A DNA stretch of 64,000 nt, taken from positions 59,458,001 through 59,522,000 of the forward strand of contig OX597830.1 in assembly GCA_951406725.2 (NCBI GenBank), in the 5' to 3' direction. The notes below the pieces were generated by a model, which saw nothing but the letters and a program-made list of their open reading frames with translations, ran no database searches and was not told where the DNA came from. Position numbers and translations under genes: made by a program. This DNA is from Octopus vulgaris (taxonomy: Eukaryota). Positions 63,575-64,000 of this stretch are shown here, one piece after another (position 1 is the stretch's first letter; each line of letters opens with the position of its first letter).

Positions 63575-63752
63575 CACACACAAACATATGACGGGCTTCT
63601 TTTAGTTTCTGTCTACCAAATCCACTCACAAAGCTATGGTCAGCCCAAGGCAATAGTAAAAAGCATTTGCCCAAGGTGCCACACAGTGAAATTGAACCCA
63701 GGACCATGTGGTTGAGAAGCAAGCTTCTTACCAGACAGCCATGCTTGTGCCT
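63575..63752 (-). mobile_element. SINE family A 5' half
   Basis: Matches the family A head. Confidence 0.82.
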
Positions 63753-64000
63753 ATATCCTTCATTCAATTCTTGCCCGAATTTCTTTCACCCATTGATTGA
63801 TAACATTTCTGATACACATTTAAAAAAAAAAATGAAACATTTCCAAGTTTTGCATTTTGTAGCCTGCAATATTTATTTATTTATTTATTGTTGTTCTTAT
63901 TGTTGCTGTTGTTGTTGCTGTTGTTGTTGTTTTTATGTTGTTCCAAGCCTTTTTGACATTTTGTAACTTGACAATTTTTTGAAGTTCAGAAATTTATGAA

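Overview
AT-rich, microsatellite- and SINE-dense eukaryotic DNA. The repeat families look like those of a coleoid cephalopod, probably Octopus (inferred from remembered repeat consensus sequences, not from a search). The whole window lies inside one large minus-strand gene for a divergent axonemal-type dynein heavy chain. I reconstructed by hand 24 consecutive GT-AG exons from 60619 down to 1853. They total 3433 nt (about 1144 codons), are phase-compatible and stop-free, and cover the end of the tail (DHC_N1), the inter-domain region and most of the linker (DHC_N2, with RPRHW and PRFYFLS motifs). The gene runs off both ends of the window. The introns contain at least four SINE families, decayed RTE LINEs, mariner and Gypsy-integrase relics, piggyBac-, hAT- and Merlin-like MITEs, a Helitron, and several Penelope-like element (PLE) pieces. 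The most interesting signals are: minimal hammerhead-ribozyme motifs in PLE termini, including an inverted pair; a PLE 3' end with a tRNA-like Pol III promoter directly upstream of the hammerhead; a 402-bp TSD-flanked mini-RTE; a MITE carrying TTAGGG repeats; many long intronic fold-backs; and a Ser/Thr-rich cassette-like exon in the dynein linker whose acceptor is formed by a (TTA)n microsatellite. Most ORFs in the supplied track are microsatellite or SINE artefacts.
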